A stretch of 64,000 bases of DNA from an uncultured Gemmatimonadota bacterium (GCA_951812955.1 OX638340.1:2240001-2304000); one strand, 5' to 3'. Positions 24,485-34,710 are shown, counted from the first letter of the stretch. A program made the numbers and translations. Notes: generated from the letters alone by a model not told the origin.

Positions 24485-27226
24485 ATGCCCCGATCCAAAG
24501 GAACGCTGACGCCCGCCATGGCGCAATACGCCAGGATGAAGGATCAGCACAAGGATGCGATTCTCTTCTTCCGCATGGGGGATTTCTACGAGACCTTCGA
24601 AGACGACGCCAAACTGGTGTCGCGCGTCCTGGGCATCACGCTGACTGCCCGCAACTCGGGCACCGGCGGCGGTGAGAAGACGCCGCTGGCCGGCGTGCCC
24701 TATCACGCCGTGGAAAAGTACATCGCCGAACTCGTAGGTTCGGGATACAAAGTGGCGGTCTGCGAGCAGGTTGAAGATCCGAAAAAGGCCCGCGGCGTGG
24801 TCAAGCGGGACGTGGTTGAGGTCGTCACGCCGGGGACGACGATGCTGGCGCAGACCCTCGATCCCGGCGAGAACAACTACATGGTCGCTCTCGCATTCGA
24901 CGAGGCAGAATACGGCCTGGCCTTTCTCGATCTGTCCACCGGCGAGTTCCGTGCGGCGGAACTGAACGAAGAAAACCTGCTCAGCGAGCTCAATCGCCTC
25001 GATCCCGCCGAAGCGATCGTGTCCTACGACTGGGCGGAGCAGGCAGCGGCCCTGCTCGAACCCCGGTTCCCCGAAATGGCGATCAGCCGCCTGGAGGAGT
25101 GGGCGTTTTCATACGATCACGCCCGCCAGGTCCTGCTCGATCATTTCGAGGTGTTGACGCTCAAGGGATTCGGCTGCGACGAAATGGCCGGCGGCGTCTC
25201 CGCGGCGGGCGGCATGCTGGTCTATCTCCGGGAGACCCAGAAGAACCGGCTGGCCCACCTGAAGTCCATGGCCCGCTACGACGTCGCGGACTCCATGCTG
25301 ATGGACACGGAGACCCAGCGCAACCTGGAGTTGATTACCTCGTTGCGGGACGGCGGCCGCGAAGGTACGCTCCTTTCCGTGATGGACCGGACGTACACGC
25401 CCATGGGCGCTCGGTACATGCGCCAGGCAATCACCCGGCCGCTGGTTTCGGCCGAAGCCGTCCTGGCCCGCCAGGGGGCGGTGGGCGAACTCCATGCGGA
25501 GCACGGCACGCGGGACGCATTCGCGGACCTGCTCAAGACCATGGGGGACCTGGAGCGCCTTGCGGCCAGGGTCGGATCCGAACGGGCGAATGCCCGCGAC
25601 CTGATCGCGTTGAAGACCGCCCTGCACGTGATCCCGGTCATCAAGGAAACGCTCAAAAGCCTGAAAGCCGGATTGTCCGCAGGCCTCCGGGACGGGCTGC
25701 GGGAACTGAAATCCCTGGCGGAGAATCTGGATCGAGCCCTGGTGGACGATCCGCCCCTCTCGCTTACGGAAGGCGGGCTCATCCGGGCAGCATACAACGA
25801 GGAGCTCGATGATCTGCGCACGGTCAGTTCGGGCGGAAAACGCTGGATCGCAGAACTGCAGCAGAAGGAACGGGAGCGCACGGGGATCCAGTCCCTCAAG
25901 GTCGACTACAACCGCGTCTTCGGCTACTACATCGAGGTCACCAAACCGAACCTGCACCGGCTGGAAGGCGAATACATCCGCAAGCAGACCATGCGCAACG
26001 CGGAGCGGTTCTTCACCCCGGAGCTCAAGGAATACGAGGAGAAGATCCTGGGCGCCGAGGAAAAGATCGGGGAGCTGGAATATGCCCTTTTCCTCGAACT
26101 CCGGGAGGAGGTGGCCGCGAGCCTGGGCGAGATCCAGGGCAATGGCCGATCGATCGCGCAACTGGACTTCCTGACCGCGCTGGCCGAACTGGCCGCCCGG
26201 AACGACTACGTGGCCCCGGAGATCGACGATGGATCCGTCCTGGAGATCGACGACGGACGCCACCCTGTGGTGGAGCAACTGTTGCAAGGCGAAGCCTTCG
26301 TCCCCAACGATACGCAGCTCGACACCCGGACAAAACAGATCGCCCTCATCACCGGGCCGAACATGGCCGGCAAGAGCACCTATCTCCGCCAGGTGGGCCT
26401 GATCGTACTCATGGCCCAGGTCGGTTCCTTCGTCCCGGCGCGGTCCGCGCGGATCGGCATCGTGGACCGCATCTTCACGCGCGTCGGCGCCTCCGACAAC
26501 CTGGCCCGGGGCGAAAGCACCTTTCTCGTAGAGATGAACGAGACCGCCAACATTCTGAACAACGCGACGCCGCGAAGTCTCGTCCTCCTCGACGAGATCG
26601 GGCGGGGCACGAGCACCTACGACGGGCTGAGCATCGCCTGGTCGGTCACGGAGTTCCTCCACAACACGCCGGAACGGGCGGCCAAGACCCTCTTCGCCAC
26701 GCATTACCACGAACTGATCGAACTGGCTTCGAGTCTCGACCGGATCGCCAACTACAACGTGGCTATCCGGGAGCAGGACGACCGGATCGTATTTCTGAGG
26801 AAGGTGATGCCCGGCGGGAGCGACCGCAGTTACGGGATCCAGGTGGCGCGCATGGCTGGGTTGCCGCGCAGCGTGGTCGAGCGAGCCCGGGTCATCCTGG
26901 CCAACCTGGAGGGCGAGGACCTTGCTCCGGGCGGCCAGGATGGCCAGGGCGGCGTCGAGGACGCGGATGGAACGGGCGGCGCGGCGGGCTCGGATGGCGC
27001 GGGTGGACCAGGTAGTCCGGCTGGCGCGGCGGGCGAGGCGGGCACACCGCGCCACGGAATGCCCAGGGCGGAAAGCGCCGAATACCAGCTCAGCCTGTTC
27101 CTGCCTGCGGACCATCCGGTCGTCGAGGACATCAAGGAACTCGATCTGGACGTAATGACGCCGGTCGAAGCCATGAACGCCCTGTACCGGCTACAGCAGA
27201 AAGCCGCGGATCCCGATGGCGAATAG
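24485..27226 (+). CDS. mutS: DNA mismatch repair protein MutS
   Basis: TPAMAQYARMKDQHKDAILFFRMGDFYETFEDDA at the N-terminus, Walker A ITGPNMAGKSTYLRQ and LVLLDEIGRGTSTYDG. A Gly/Ala/Asp-rich insertion precedes the C-terminal helix. Start chosen at the ATG at 24485. Confidence 0.95.
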   Translation: MPRSKGTLTPAMAQYARMKDQHKDAILFFRMGDFYETFEDDAKLVSRVLGITLTARNSGTGGGEKTPLAGVPYHAVEKYIAELVGSGYKVAVCEQVEDPKKARGVVKRDVVEVVTPGTTMLAQTLDPGENNYMVALAFDEAEYGLAFLDLSTGEFRAAELNEENLLSELNRLDPAEAIVSYDWAEQAAALLEPRFPEMAISRLEEWAFSYDHARQVLLDHFEVLTLKGFGCDEMAGGVSAAGGMLVYLRETQKNRLAHLKSMARYDVADSMLMDTETQRNLELITSLRDGGREGTLLSVMDRTYTPMGARYMRQAITRPLVSAEAVLARQGAVGELHAEHGTRDAFADLLKTMGDLERLAARVGSERANARDLIALKTALHVIPVIKETLKSLKAGLSAGLRDGLRELKSLAENLDRALVDDPPLSLTEGGLIRAAYNEELDDLRTVSSGGKRWIAELQQKERERTGIQSLKVDYNRVFGYYIEVTKPNLHRLEGEYIRKQTMRNAERFFTPELKEYEEKILGAEEKIGELEYALFLELREEVAASLGEIQGNGRSIAQLDFLTALAELAARNDYVAPEIDDGSVLEIDDGRHPVVEQLLQGEAFVPNDTQLDTRTKQIALITGPNMAGKSTYLRQVGLIVLMAQVGSFVPARSARIGIVDRIFTRVGASDNLARGESTFLVEMNETANILNNATPRSLVLLDEIGRGTSTYDGLSIAWSVTEFLHNTPERAAKTLFATHYHELIELASSLDRIANYNVAIREQDDRIVFLRKVMPGGSDRSYGIQVARMAGLPRSVVERARVILANLEGEDLAPGGQDGQGGVEDADGTGGAAGSDGAGGPGSPAGAAGEAGTPRHGMPRAESAEYQLSLFLPADHPVVEDIKELDLDVMTPVEAMNALYRLQQKAADPDGE

Positions 27227-27255
27227 CACGCTTCGGAGAGAGTAGCCGCGTGGGT

Positions 27256-27420
27256 GTAGAGAGGAGCCGTGCGCATCGTCTTCTCCGCCCTGCTCGTCAA
27301 CGACGACTCCATATGTAGGTGGCATGATCGGCATTCCTGCCGCCATGCTCTTCAACCCCGACTCCTAAGGTAGGTGGCCGTGTCCATCATATCCTCCGCT
27401 ATGCTCGTCAACCCCGATGG
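27256..27420. repeat. 55-bp x3 degenerate tandem array made from the RBS and first codons of the NUDIX gene
   Basis: The three copies end at 27310 (ctcgtcaacgacgactcc), 27365 (ctcttcaaccccgactcc) and 27420 (ctcgtcaaccccgatgga). gtaggtggc recurs at 27315 and 27370. Confidence 0.8.
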
Positions 27421-27799
27421 AGACATCCTCGTCAACCTCCGCGACGACGACCCCCGGATCATCTTCCCGAATCTGTGGAGCCTCATCGGGGGCCACGTGG
27501 AAGCGGGAGAATCGCCCGAAGAAGGCCTGGTCAGAGAGGTGCTGGAGGAGATCGGCTACCGGTTGACCGAGTACCACGCCCTGGCGACCTTCTTCGACGG
27601 GGAAGACGTGCGTCACCTCTATCTCTCCCCGATCGACGTCCCGATCGAAGATCTCGTACTGGGCGAAGGCCAGGCCATCCGGTTCATCGATCCCAGGCGG
27701 GCGCTCGCCGAACTCGACCTGTGCGTCACCGGCCGGCGGTGCATCGAGGTCTACCTGCGCCACCTCGAATTCCAGGCGTACGTCCGCACGCGAAGCTGA
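27374..27799 (+). CDS. NUDIX hydrolase
   Basis: Nudix box GGHVEAGESPEEGLVREVLEEIGY. GTG start at 27374. Confidence 0.8.
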   Translation: MAVSIISSAMLVNPDGDILVNLRDDDPRIIFPNLWSLIGGHVEAGESPEEGLVREVLEEIGYRLTEYHALATFFDGEDVRHLYLSPIDVPIEDLVLGEGQAIRFIDPRRALAELDLCVTGRRCIEVYLRHLEFQAYVRTRS

Positions 27800-27806
27800 G
27801 GGCGGC

Positions 27807-27834
27807 CCGCCAACCCGGATCCGCCAACACGGAT
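27807..27834. repeat. 14-bp x2 intergenic tandem repeat
   Basis: ccgccaacccggat / ccgccaacacggat, starting 8 nt after the NUDIX stop. Confidence 0.8.
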
Positions 27835-27861
27835 CCCAGCAACCTCCCGAAAGACTTTCCC

Positions 27862-30800
27862 CTACGCTTTCTTCAACCCCCATGACCTGACCATGTAGTA
27901 GATGACCGGAATGACCACGAGGGTCAGTACCGTAGAAGTCACCATGCCGCCCACCATGGGCGCGGCGATGCGCTGCATGACCTCCGATCCCGTGCCGGTT
28001 CCCCACATGATGGGCGTCAACCCGGCCATGGTGGCGGCGACCGTCATCATCTTGGGGCGCACGCGCTCCACGGCCCCGTGCATGACGACCTCGTAGAGAT
28101 CCTGACGTGTGTTCAGCGCGTCACGGTCTACCCGTTCCTGGTAGGCCTGTTTCAGATAGAGCAGCATGACGACCCCCGTTTCCGCCGCCACGCCGGCCAG
28201 CGCGATGAACCCGACGCCCACCGCGATGCTGAAATCGTAGTCCATCAGATACATCAGCCACACGCCGCCCACGAGCGCGAAGGGCAGCGATAGCATGACG
28301 ATCATACTGTCCGTGACGTTGCGAAAGTTCATGTATAGCAGCAGGAGAATGATGGCCAGGGTGACGGGCACGACGACCTGCAGACGGCGCTGCGCCCGCT
28401 CCATGTACTCGTACTGCCCGCTCCAGACCATGCTGTATCCCACGGGCAGGGAAACCCGTTCCGCGATGTGCTGTCGGGCGGTTTCCACGTAGGCGCCGAT
28501 GTCCGTGTCCTTCAGATCCACGTATACCCAGGCCGTGGGCCGGGCGTTCTCCGACTTGATGCCGGCGGGTCCTTTCCGAAATCGGATTTCTGCCACCTGG
28601 CTGATGGGGATCTGCGCCCCCGAGGGCGTAGGAATCAGGATGCGCCTGAGGTCCGATACGTCGTCGCGCAGCTCCCGGGCATAGCGGATGTTCACCGGGT
28701 AGCGCTCGAGTCCCTCGACCGTGTGAGTCACGTCCACGCCGCCCACCGCTGACATGATGACATCCTGCACGTCGCCCACGGTCATCCCGTAGCGTGCCGC
28801 CTCGACGCGGTCGATCTCGAAGTCGAGGTAGTTCCCGCCAAGTGTCTTCTCCGGGAAGACGCTGAGCGTGCCCGGCAGTTCACTGAGTTCTACCGCGACC
28901 TGCTCTGCCAGATCCGACAGCTCGGCCAGATCGTTCCCCATCAGCTTGACGCCCACCGGGGTCCGGATGCCCGTGGACAGCATGTCGATCCGGGTGCGGA
29001 TGGGCATGGTCCAGGCGTTGGTCAGACCCGGAAACTGGATCGCGTTGTTGAGGGCTTCTACGAGTCCTTCGCGGGTCATGCCCGGCCGCCATTCTTCCTC
29101 GGGCTTTAACATGATGGTGGTCTCGATCATGGACAGCGGCGCAGGGTCGGTCGCCGTGTCAGCCCGTCCCACCTTGCCGAATACCCGTTCCACTTCCGGG
29201 AAGGAACTTATGATCTTATCGGTCTGCTGCAGGAGCTGTCGGGCCTTGGTAATCGATATGCCTGGATCCGTGGTGGGCATGTAGAGCAGGTCGCCCTCGT
29301 AGAGCGGCGGCATGAACTCGGACCCGATCCGCTGCAGCGGATACCACGTGGCCGAGAGGACGACCACCGCGACGGCGATGGTCAGCCACCTCAGGCGGAT
29401 CGCCGACCGGATCACGGGCCGGTACAGGAACACGAGCAGCCGGCTGAGCGGATTCCTGCGTTCCGGCAGCAGACGTCCCCGGACCAGGTAGCCGATCAGT
29501 ACGGGTACGAACGTAATCGCCAGCAGGGCGGCCGCTGCCATGGTGTACGTCTTGGTATAGGCCAGGGGCTTGAAGAGCCGGCCCTCCTGGGCCTGCAGGG
29601 CGAAGATTGGCGCGAAAGACAGCGTGATGATGAGCAGGGAGTAGAAGAGGGACGGTCCCACTTCCTTCGTGGCGTCGAGGACGATCTGCCAGTGGTCCTT
29701 CTTCCCGCGGTCCCGCTCCATGTGCTTGTGCGTGTTTTCGATCATGACGATGGCGGCGTCCACCAGCGTGCCGATGGCAATGGCGATCCCGCCGAGGGAC
29801 ATGATATTGGCGTTGATCCCCTGCCAGGACATGACCAGGAAGGCGGCGAGCACGCTGATCGGAAGGGTGAGGATGACCACCAGGGCCGATCGGAAGTGGA
29901 TCAGGAAGATGATGCAGACCAGGGCGACGATGAGGCTTTCTTCCAGAAGCTTGTTGCTCAGGTTGTCGATGGCCCGTTCGATCAGGTTCGACCGGTCGTA
30001 GGCCGTGATGATCTCCACGCCCTCCGGAAGGCCCGATTTGAGCGACTCCAGCTTCTCCTCCACGTCCCGGATGACCTCCATGGCGTTCTCGCCGTACCGC
30101 ATGACGATGATGCCGCCGACGATCTCCCCCTCGCCGTTCCATTCCGCCAGCCCGCGCCGCAGTTCCGGTCCGGTCGTTACCCGCGCTACCTGGTGCAGCA
30201 AGACGGGCGTGCCGAAATCGTCTACACCAAGGGTGACGTTCTCCAGGTCCTCGACGGACTTGATGTACCCCAGTCCTCGGACCATGTATTCTGTTTCCGC
30301 CATTTCCACGACCCGGCCGCCCACGTCGTTGTTGCTCCGCTGGATCGCCGTCTTGATCCGGTTGAGCGGAATGCCGAAGATCAGCAGCTTGTTGGGGTCG
30401 ACCTCCACCTGGTACTGCTTCACGAACCCGCCGATGCTGGCGACCTCGGAAACGCCATGAACAGAAGTCAGTTCGTATCGCAGGAACCAGTCCTGGATGC
30501 TACGGAGTTCCGCCAGGTTGTGCCGGTCGCTCCTCAGCACGTATTCGTAGACCCATCCCACGCCCGTGGCGTCCGGTCCCAGGCTCGGATTCACGCCTGG
30601 CGGCAATCGGTCGGTCACGTAGCTCAGGTACTCCAGCACGCGGCTACGGGCCCAGTAGATGTCCGTGCCGTCCTCGAAGATGATATACACGAAACTGAGC
30701 CCGAAGAAACTGTAACCCCGAACCGTCTGCGCATGGGGCACCGCGAGCATGGCCGTCGTCAGCGGGTAGGTCACCTGGTCCTCCACCACCTGCGGCGCCT

Positions 30801-30966
30801 GGCCGGGATATTCGGTCAGGACGATCACCTGCACGTCCGAGAGATCCGGGATGGCGTCCAGGGGGATCTCCACCAGGGCCACGGTTCCCCCCGCGATCAA
30901 CAGCAAGGTGACCAGGATCACGAGGAACCGGTTCTTGACAGAGTATTCGATTATGCGTTGTAACAT
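27862..30966 (-). CDS. heavy-metal efflux RND transporter (CusA/CzcA family)
   Basis: 1034-aa ORF with 12-TM RND architecture and an N-terminus (MLQRIIEYSVKNRFLVILVTLLLIAGG) typical of the HME-RND family. Confidence 0.95.
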   Translation of the reverse strand: MLQRIIEYSVKNRFLVILVTLLLIAGGTVALVEIPLDAIPDLSDVQVIVLTEYPGQAPQVVEDQVTYPLTTAMLAVPHAQTVRGYSFFGLSFVYIIFEDGTDIYWARSRVLEYLSYVTDRLPPGVNPSLGPDATGVGWVYEYVLRSDRHNLAELRSIQDWFLRYELTSVHGVSEVASIGGFVKQYQVEVDPNKLLIFGIPLNRIKTAIQRSNNDVGGRVVEMAETEYMVRGLGYIKSVEDLENVTLGVDDFGTPVLLHQVARVTTGPELRRGLAEWNGEGEIVGGIIVMRYGENAMEVIRDVEEKLESLKSGLPEGVEIITAYDRSNLIERAIDNLSNKLLEESLIVALVCIIFLIHFRSALVVILTLPISVLAAFLVMSWQGINANIMSLGGIAIAIGTLVDAAIVMIENTHKHMERDRGKKDHWQIVLDATKEVGPSLFYSLLIITLSFAPIFALQAQEGRLFKPLAYTKTYTMAAAALLAITFVPVLIGYLVRGRLLPERRNPLSRLLVFLYRPVIRSAIRLRWLTIAVAVVVLSATWYPLQRIGSEFMPPLYEGDLLYMPTTDPGISITKARQLLQQTDKIISSFPEVERVFGKVGRADTATDPAPLSMIETTIMLKPEEEWRPGMTREGLVEALNNAIQFPGLTNAWTMPIRTRIDMLSTGIRTPVGVKLMGNDLAELSDLAEQVAVELSELPGTLSVFPEKTLGGNYLDFEIDRVEAARYGMTVGDVQDVIMSAVGGVDVTHTVEGLERYPVNIRYARELRDDVSDLRRILIPTPSGAQIPISQVAEIRFRKGPAGIKSENARPTAWVYVDLKDTDIGAYVETARQHIAERVSLPVGYSMVWSGQYEYMERAQRRLQVVVPVTLAIILLLLYMNFRNVTDSMIVMLSLPFALVGGVWLMYLMDYDFSIAVGVGFIALAGVAAETGVVMLLYLKQAYQERVDRDALNTRQDLYEVVMHGAVERVRPKMMTVAATMAGLTPIMWGTGTGSEVMQRIAAPMVGGMVTSTVLTLVVIPVIYYMVRSWGLKKA

Positions 30967-31006
30967 GATGAGCCCCTTTAAGTTCCGGACGGTCCAGGCG
31001 GACCGG

Positions 31007-32362
31007 TCAATGCATCATCCGGTGGTCGAGCATTTTCTGGATCGCCTCCTGGAGCCGGCTTTCCGAATCGATCAGGAACTGGGCGGAGGTCACGACCCGT
31101 TCGCCCGCGCTGACGCCGCGCATCGCCTCCACGTAACCTTCCCGACCCTCCATGCCGAGGGTAACTTCGCGGGGCTCGAACTTCCCGCCATCGAGGGCGA
31201 CGAAGACCACGTTGCGCTCGCCGCTGTGGATGACCGCGCTGCCCGGGATAACCAGCAGGGGCCGCTCGCTGCGCGCGGAAAGGCGGATATTGGCGTACAT
31301 CTGGGGTTTCAGTTCGAGATCCCGGTTGGGGAACACCAGACGGATCTTGATGTCACGCGACGCGCGGTCCAGGTAGGGATAGATGTAATCGATCGTGCCG
31401 CGATAGACCTTCCCCGGGTTGTAGGGCAGTTCCATCTCGGCCGTCAGTCCCGGATTCAACCACGGGGCGTCCCCGTCGTATACGTGGGCGAAGGCCCAGA
31501 TGCTCGAAAGATCGGCCATACGGTACATGTCCATGCCTGGCGTGACCCGCATGCCCAGTTCGGCCATCCGCTCCACGACGATGCCCGTTGAAGGCGCATA
31601 GATGGTCAGGGTCCGGGCGATCGTGCCCCTTTCCTCCAGCTCCTGGATCTGCGCCTCGGTCACGTCCCAGTAGAGCAGGCGGCGCCGCGAGGCATCCAGC
31701 AGCGACTCCGCGCCTTTCGTGATGGTCTCAAACGTGCTGTTTTCGAGATTTTCAACGTTCTGGAACGCCAGGAGGTATTCTTCCTGCGCCGCGACGAGTT
31801 CCGGCGAGTAGATGGCCAGCATCGGATCGCCCGCGGCGACCCGCTGACCCGTCTCGTTCACGTAGAGCTTTTCGATCCACCCGGGATACTTGACGTTGAT
31901 CCGGGAATACATTTCCTCGTTGTAGTCCAGGTGGCCGACGGTCCGTATGGATCGGGTCAGCGGACGTTCCTGGACGGCCGCGGTTTGGACGCCGATGTTC
32001 TGTATCGTGGCCGGATCGATCACGATGGTAGCGCCGGGGGAGGGCGCCGCGTCCTCGGCCTGTTCGTCCATAGCCTGTTCGGCCACGGCCTGCTCTTCCG
32101 CTTCGGCCGTGTTTTTCATCGGCGTAAGATTCATCCCGCAGATCGGACACTGGCCCGGTTCTTCCGTAATTACGTTCGGATGCATACCGCACGTCCACAA
32201 CTGAACCTGCGCCGTATCACCGCTATCGGAAGTGGTCGTCGACTCCGGATCGCCACAGCCCGTTAACAGCACCAGCGGCGCGGCGGCCAGCAGCATGACG
32301 GCCAGCAACCTGGAGGCCAGTGACCGGAATGCACGCCCGCGTAGTCTCTTGACGATGTTCAT
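31007..32362 (-). CDS. RND efflux periplasmic adaptor (CusB-like) with an N-terminal metal-binding domain
   Basis: Lipoprotein-like N-terminus (LLTGCG), a Cys-rich metal-binding module WTCGMHPNVITEEPGQCPICGMNL, and a membrane-fusion-protein body. Confidence 0.85.
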   Translation of the reverse strand: MNIVKRLRGRAFRSLASRLLAVMLLAAAPLVLLTGCGDPESTTTSDSGDTAQVQLWTCGMHPNVITEEPGQCPICGMNLTPMKNTAEAEEQAVAEQAMDEQAEDAAPSPGATIVIDPATIQNIGVQTAAVQERPLTRSIRTVGHLDYNEEMYSRINVKYPGWIEKLYVNETGQRVAAGDPMLAIYSPELVAAQEEYLLAFQNVENLENSTFETITKGAESLLDASRRRLLYWDVTEAQIQELEERGTIARTLTIYAPSTGIVVERMAELGMRVTPGMDMYRMADLSSIWAFAHVYDGDAPWLNPGLTAEMELPYNPGKVYRGTIDYIYPYLDRASRDIKIRLVFPNRDLELKPQMYANIRLSARSERPLLVIPGSAVIHSGERNVVFVALDGGKFEPREVTLGMEGREGYVEAMRGVSAGERVVTSAQFLIDSESRLQEAIQKMLDHRMMH

Positions 32363-32378
32363 GATTTACCTCCTGTGT

Positions 32379-33647
32379 CTACGGGAGCGATCCCCCGGCG
32401 GCCCGTTCCAGCCGGCTGAGATACTTTCGGTAGTTGGCCGTTTCGGCCACGTACCCGAGCCGGGTACGCAGCACCATGCGTTCCGCGTCGAGCAGGTCGA
32501 GGAAGTCCATCTGCCCCGACTGGAAAGCGGCCAGTGTCGCCAGCACGCTGTTTTCCGCCTGGGTGATGAGGCCTTGCTCATAGACGTCGAGAGCCCGTCC
32601 GGAATGACGCAGGCGCCCGTATGCCTCCGCGACCTCCGCCGCGACGGTGTCCCGGATGCTCCGCCTGGCATATTGGCTTTCTTCCACGCGTGCCATGGCC
32701 TCCTGCACCCCGGCCCGCGTGCGTTTCCTGAACAGGGGCAGATTCACGCTCAACATGACGCCGAAGGCGTCTTTCCCGGCGTCGGATGCCGGGTTCCCTT
32801 CGAGCTTCGGAACGGTGATATAAGAAGCCTGCACCATGAAATCCGGCCGGTTGCCGAGGCGCGCGAGCCGGAGACCCAGTTCGTTTTGCCGGATCCGTGC
32901 GTCGACCGCCTCCAGTTCCTGCCGGACGGCCAGTGCTTTCTCAACCACCAGGGATTCGGGCTGTGTGTATCTCGTGGTATCAATGGCCGCAACCCGGTCG
33001 ACAGGCGTATCGGACGGACGGCTCAGCGCGCCGTTGAGGCGGGCAACGTGGGCGCTCCGCTCACCTTCCAGCGTAATGCGCTGTTTCAGTATCTCCGAAG
33101 CTTCCACGTGCGACTTGAGTACGTCTGCCTGGGAACCGCTCCCGGTGGCGTACTTCTCCTCCGCGGCGCCGGTGAAGGTCTCCAGCAGGACGAGATAGTC
33201 TTCAAGGATGCGCAGGGACCGGTCTACCCGGAAGAGATCATAGTAGACCGACTTCACTTCGTAGGTGATATCGCGCGCAATCGATTGGATCCCGGCCGTT
33301 TCGACCGCTGTTTCTTCCCCGGATATGTCGCCGCGCAGGCTCAGCTTGCCCGGATATGGAATCTGCTGTCCGAAGGCCAGCACGTTCCTCTGCGGTCCGA
33401 CACGCGTTTCCGGAGAGGATAGCCAACGCGTGTACATTAATACCGGATCCGAGTAGGAAGCGACCTGCGGCCGTCGTTGCGTGACCGCGGTCCGACGGTG
33501 ACGCGCTGCCTGCAGGACGGGGTTGCGGTCCAGGGCCTCGGCGACCAGCGCCTCGAGTCGCGGCGTCTGCGCCCGGGCCGGCAGAACGGCGAAAACGAGG
33601 GCGAAAGACATGATCAGAAAACCCGCGTATCGTGAAAAAACGGACAT
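32379..33647 (-). CDS. TolC-family outer membrane efflux protein
   Basis: Signal peptide, two-repeat coiled-coil/beta-barrel organisation, and a position 16 bp upstream of the adaptor gene. Confidence 0.85.
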   Translation of the reverse strand: MSVFSRYAGFLIMSFALVFAVLPARAQTPRLEALVAEALDRNPVLQAARHRRTAVTQRRPQVASYSDPVLMYTRWLSSPETRVGPQRNVLAFGQQIPYPGKLSLRGDISGEETAVETAGIQSIARDITYEVKSVYYDLFRVDRSLRILEDYLVLLETFTGAAEEKYATGSGSQADVLKSHVEASEILKQRITLEGERSAHVARLNGALSRPSDTPVDRVAAIDTTRYTQPESLVVEKALAVRQELEAVDARIRQNELGLRLARLGNRPDFMVQASYITVPKLEGNPASDAGKDAFGVMLSVNLPLFRKRTRAGVQEAMARVEESQYARRSIRDTVAAEVAEAYGRLRHSGRALDVYEQGLITQAENSVLATLAAFQSGQMDFLDLLDAERMVLRTRLGYVAETANYRKYLSRLERAAGGSLP

Positions 33648-33893
33648 GGCCTGTTCCTCGGGTTGATATGAATTGATCGTTACAGTTGAATACGGCCTGG
33701 AGAGCGGATGTGGCGGTCCCTTGCGGGATGGCGCTTCGCATCATCGGCGCGCAGTATCGTTAGGCGTTACGCATCGTCCCGGGACGCGCAGGCTGCCGGA
33801 CGGACAAAACCTGGAAGTCCGGATACACGATGCCTTCTACGCGTCGCGTGTTACGCTCACGGCCCGTTGGTGCCCAGTGTTTTCAGGTGGGTA

Positions 33894-34331
33894 TTAGATG
33901 AGGTACGTGCAGAAGAGTGCGCGCAATGGGGGTGGGGACCGGTCGGTATTCGATTCCGGAGAAATCCGTGAGACATGGACCGCCGGTTCAACCAGGTGTA
34001 ACCCCCGCAGCGGCGTCGATAGGACCAGCTGATCGGGTTGAACGGAAGCGGCTGGAAGCAGCGCACCCACCCCGGATTGCCGGTATGGCGCCGGATCGAC
34101 GCTGCAGCAGGACATGGCCAGCGTGCCCGTCGCGCATGTTTCCGTCGCGTGGCCCGTGGCGCATGTTTCCGGAGTCTTGGCCGTCGAGCAACAAGCGTGC
34201 TCGCTCCCGGACGAAGATGCGTCCGGCGACGAAGACTTTGCCATCATGCACACGCCGTCCGCTGCCGTGCCCGCCAGGGACGGAGACGACAAGGAGAGGA
34301 AAAGGATGAGAACGGTGAATCGCCTGATCAT
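33894..34331 (-). CDS. small secreted Cys/His-rich protein (candidate metal-binding accessory protein)
   Basis: 145-aa ORF with signal peptide MIRRFTVLILFLSLSSPSLAG, then GVCMM, EHACCS, a duplicated ETCATG(H/T) and MSCCS. It is the first gene of the efflux gene string on the minus strand. Confidence 0.4.
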   Translation of the reverse strand: MIRRFTVLILFLSLSSPSLAGTAADGVCMMAKSSSPDASSSGSEHACCSTAKTPETCATGHATETCATGTLAMSCCSVDPAPYRQSGVGALLPAASVQPDQLVLSTPLRGLHLVEPAVHVSRISPESNTDRSPPPLRALFCTYLI

Positions 34332-34478
34332 GACCGGATCTCCGGGGAATCAACCTGGCTCGATATATAACAATCTACCCGCATACCGGGAGAAACACAA
34401 TCGAATTCGGGACACCCGCGACGCCTGCCGCGTCGGACCGCACTCCGCCCTGGCCTACCAGTCCGTATCGGATCCGCG

Positions 34479-34703
34479 CTATTTTCCCCGCCTTCGCTGG
34501 CGCCTGACGAGCTTTACTACTTCCTTCACCGAGAGGTTCGTCTTGACCGTTGGTATATCCAGCGGAGACGCTGGAGGCAGTTCGGGGACGACGGCATATC
34601 TCCTGCCATCCTTTCTGCGTATGATTACTTTTCCGGTCGATTCCGCTTCGTCGAGCAAACTCGACAGATGCTGCCTCGCTTCAGTATAGGTATAGACGTC
34701 CAT
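34479..34703 (-). CDS. Phd/YefM-family antitoxin
   Basis: MDVYTYTEARQHLSSLLDEAESTGKVIIRRKDGRRYAVV. The ATG at 34703 lies 7 nt after the vapC stop. Confidence 0.7.
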   Translation of the reverse strand: MDVYTYTEARQHLSSLLDEAESTGKVIIRRKDGRRYAVVPELPPASPLDIPTVKTNLSVKEVVKLVRRQRRRGK

Positions 34704-34710
34704 GACGCAG

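Noticed and set aside
25109-27115. 668-aa minus-strand ORF antisense to mutS
   Set aside because: Shadow ORF of a high-GC gene. MutS motifs on the plus strand are unambiguous.
29692-30963. 423-aa plus-strand ORF (and several shorter ones) antisense to the RND pump gene
   Set aside because: Shadow ORFs with no membership signal. The minus-strand 1034-aa RND protein explains the region.
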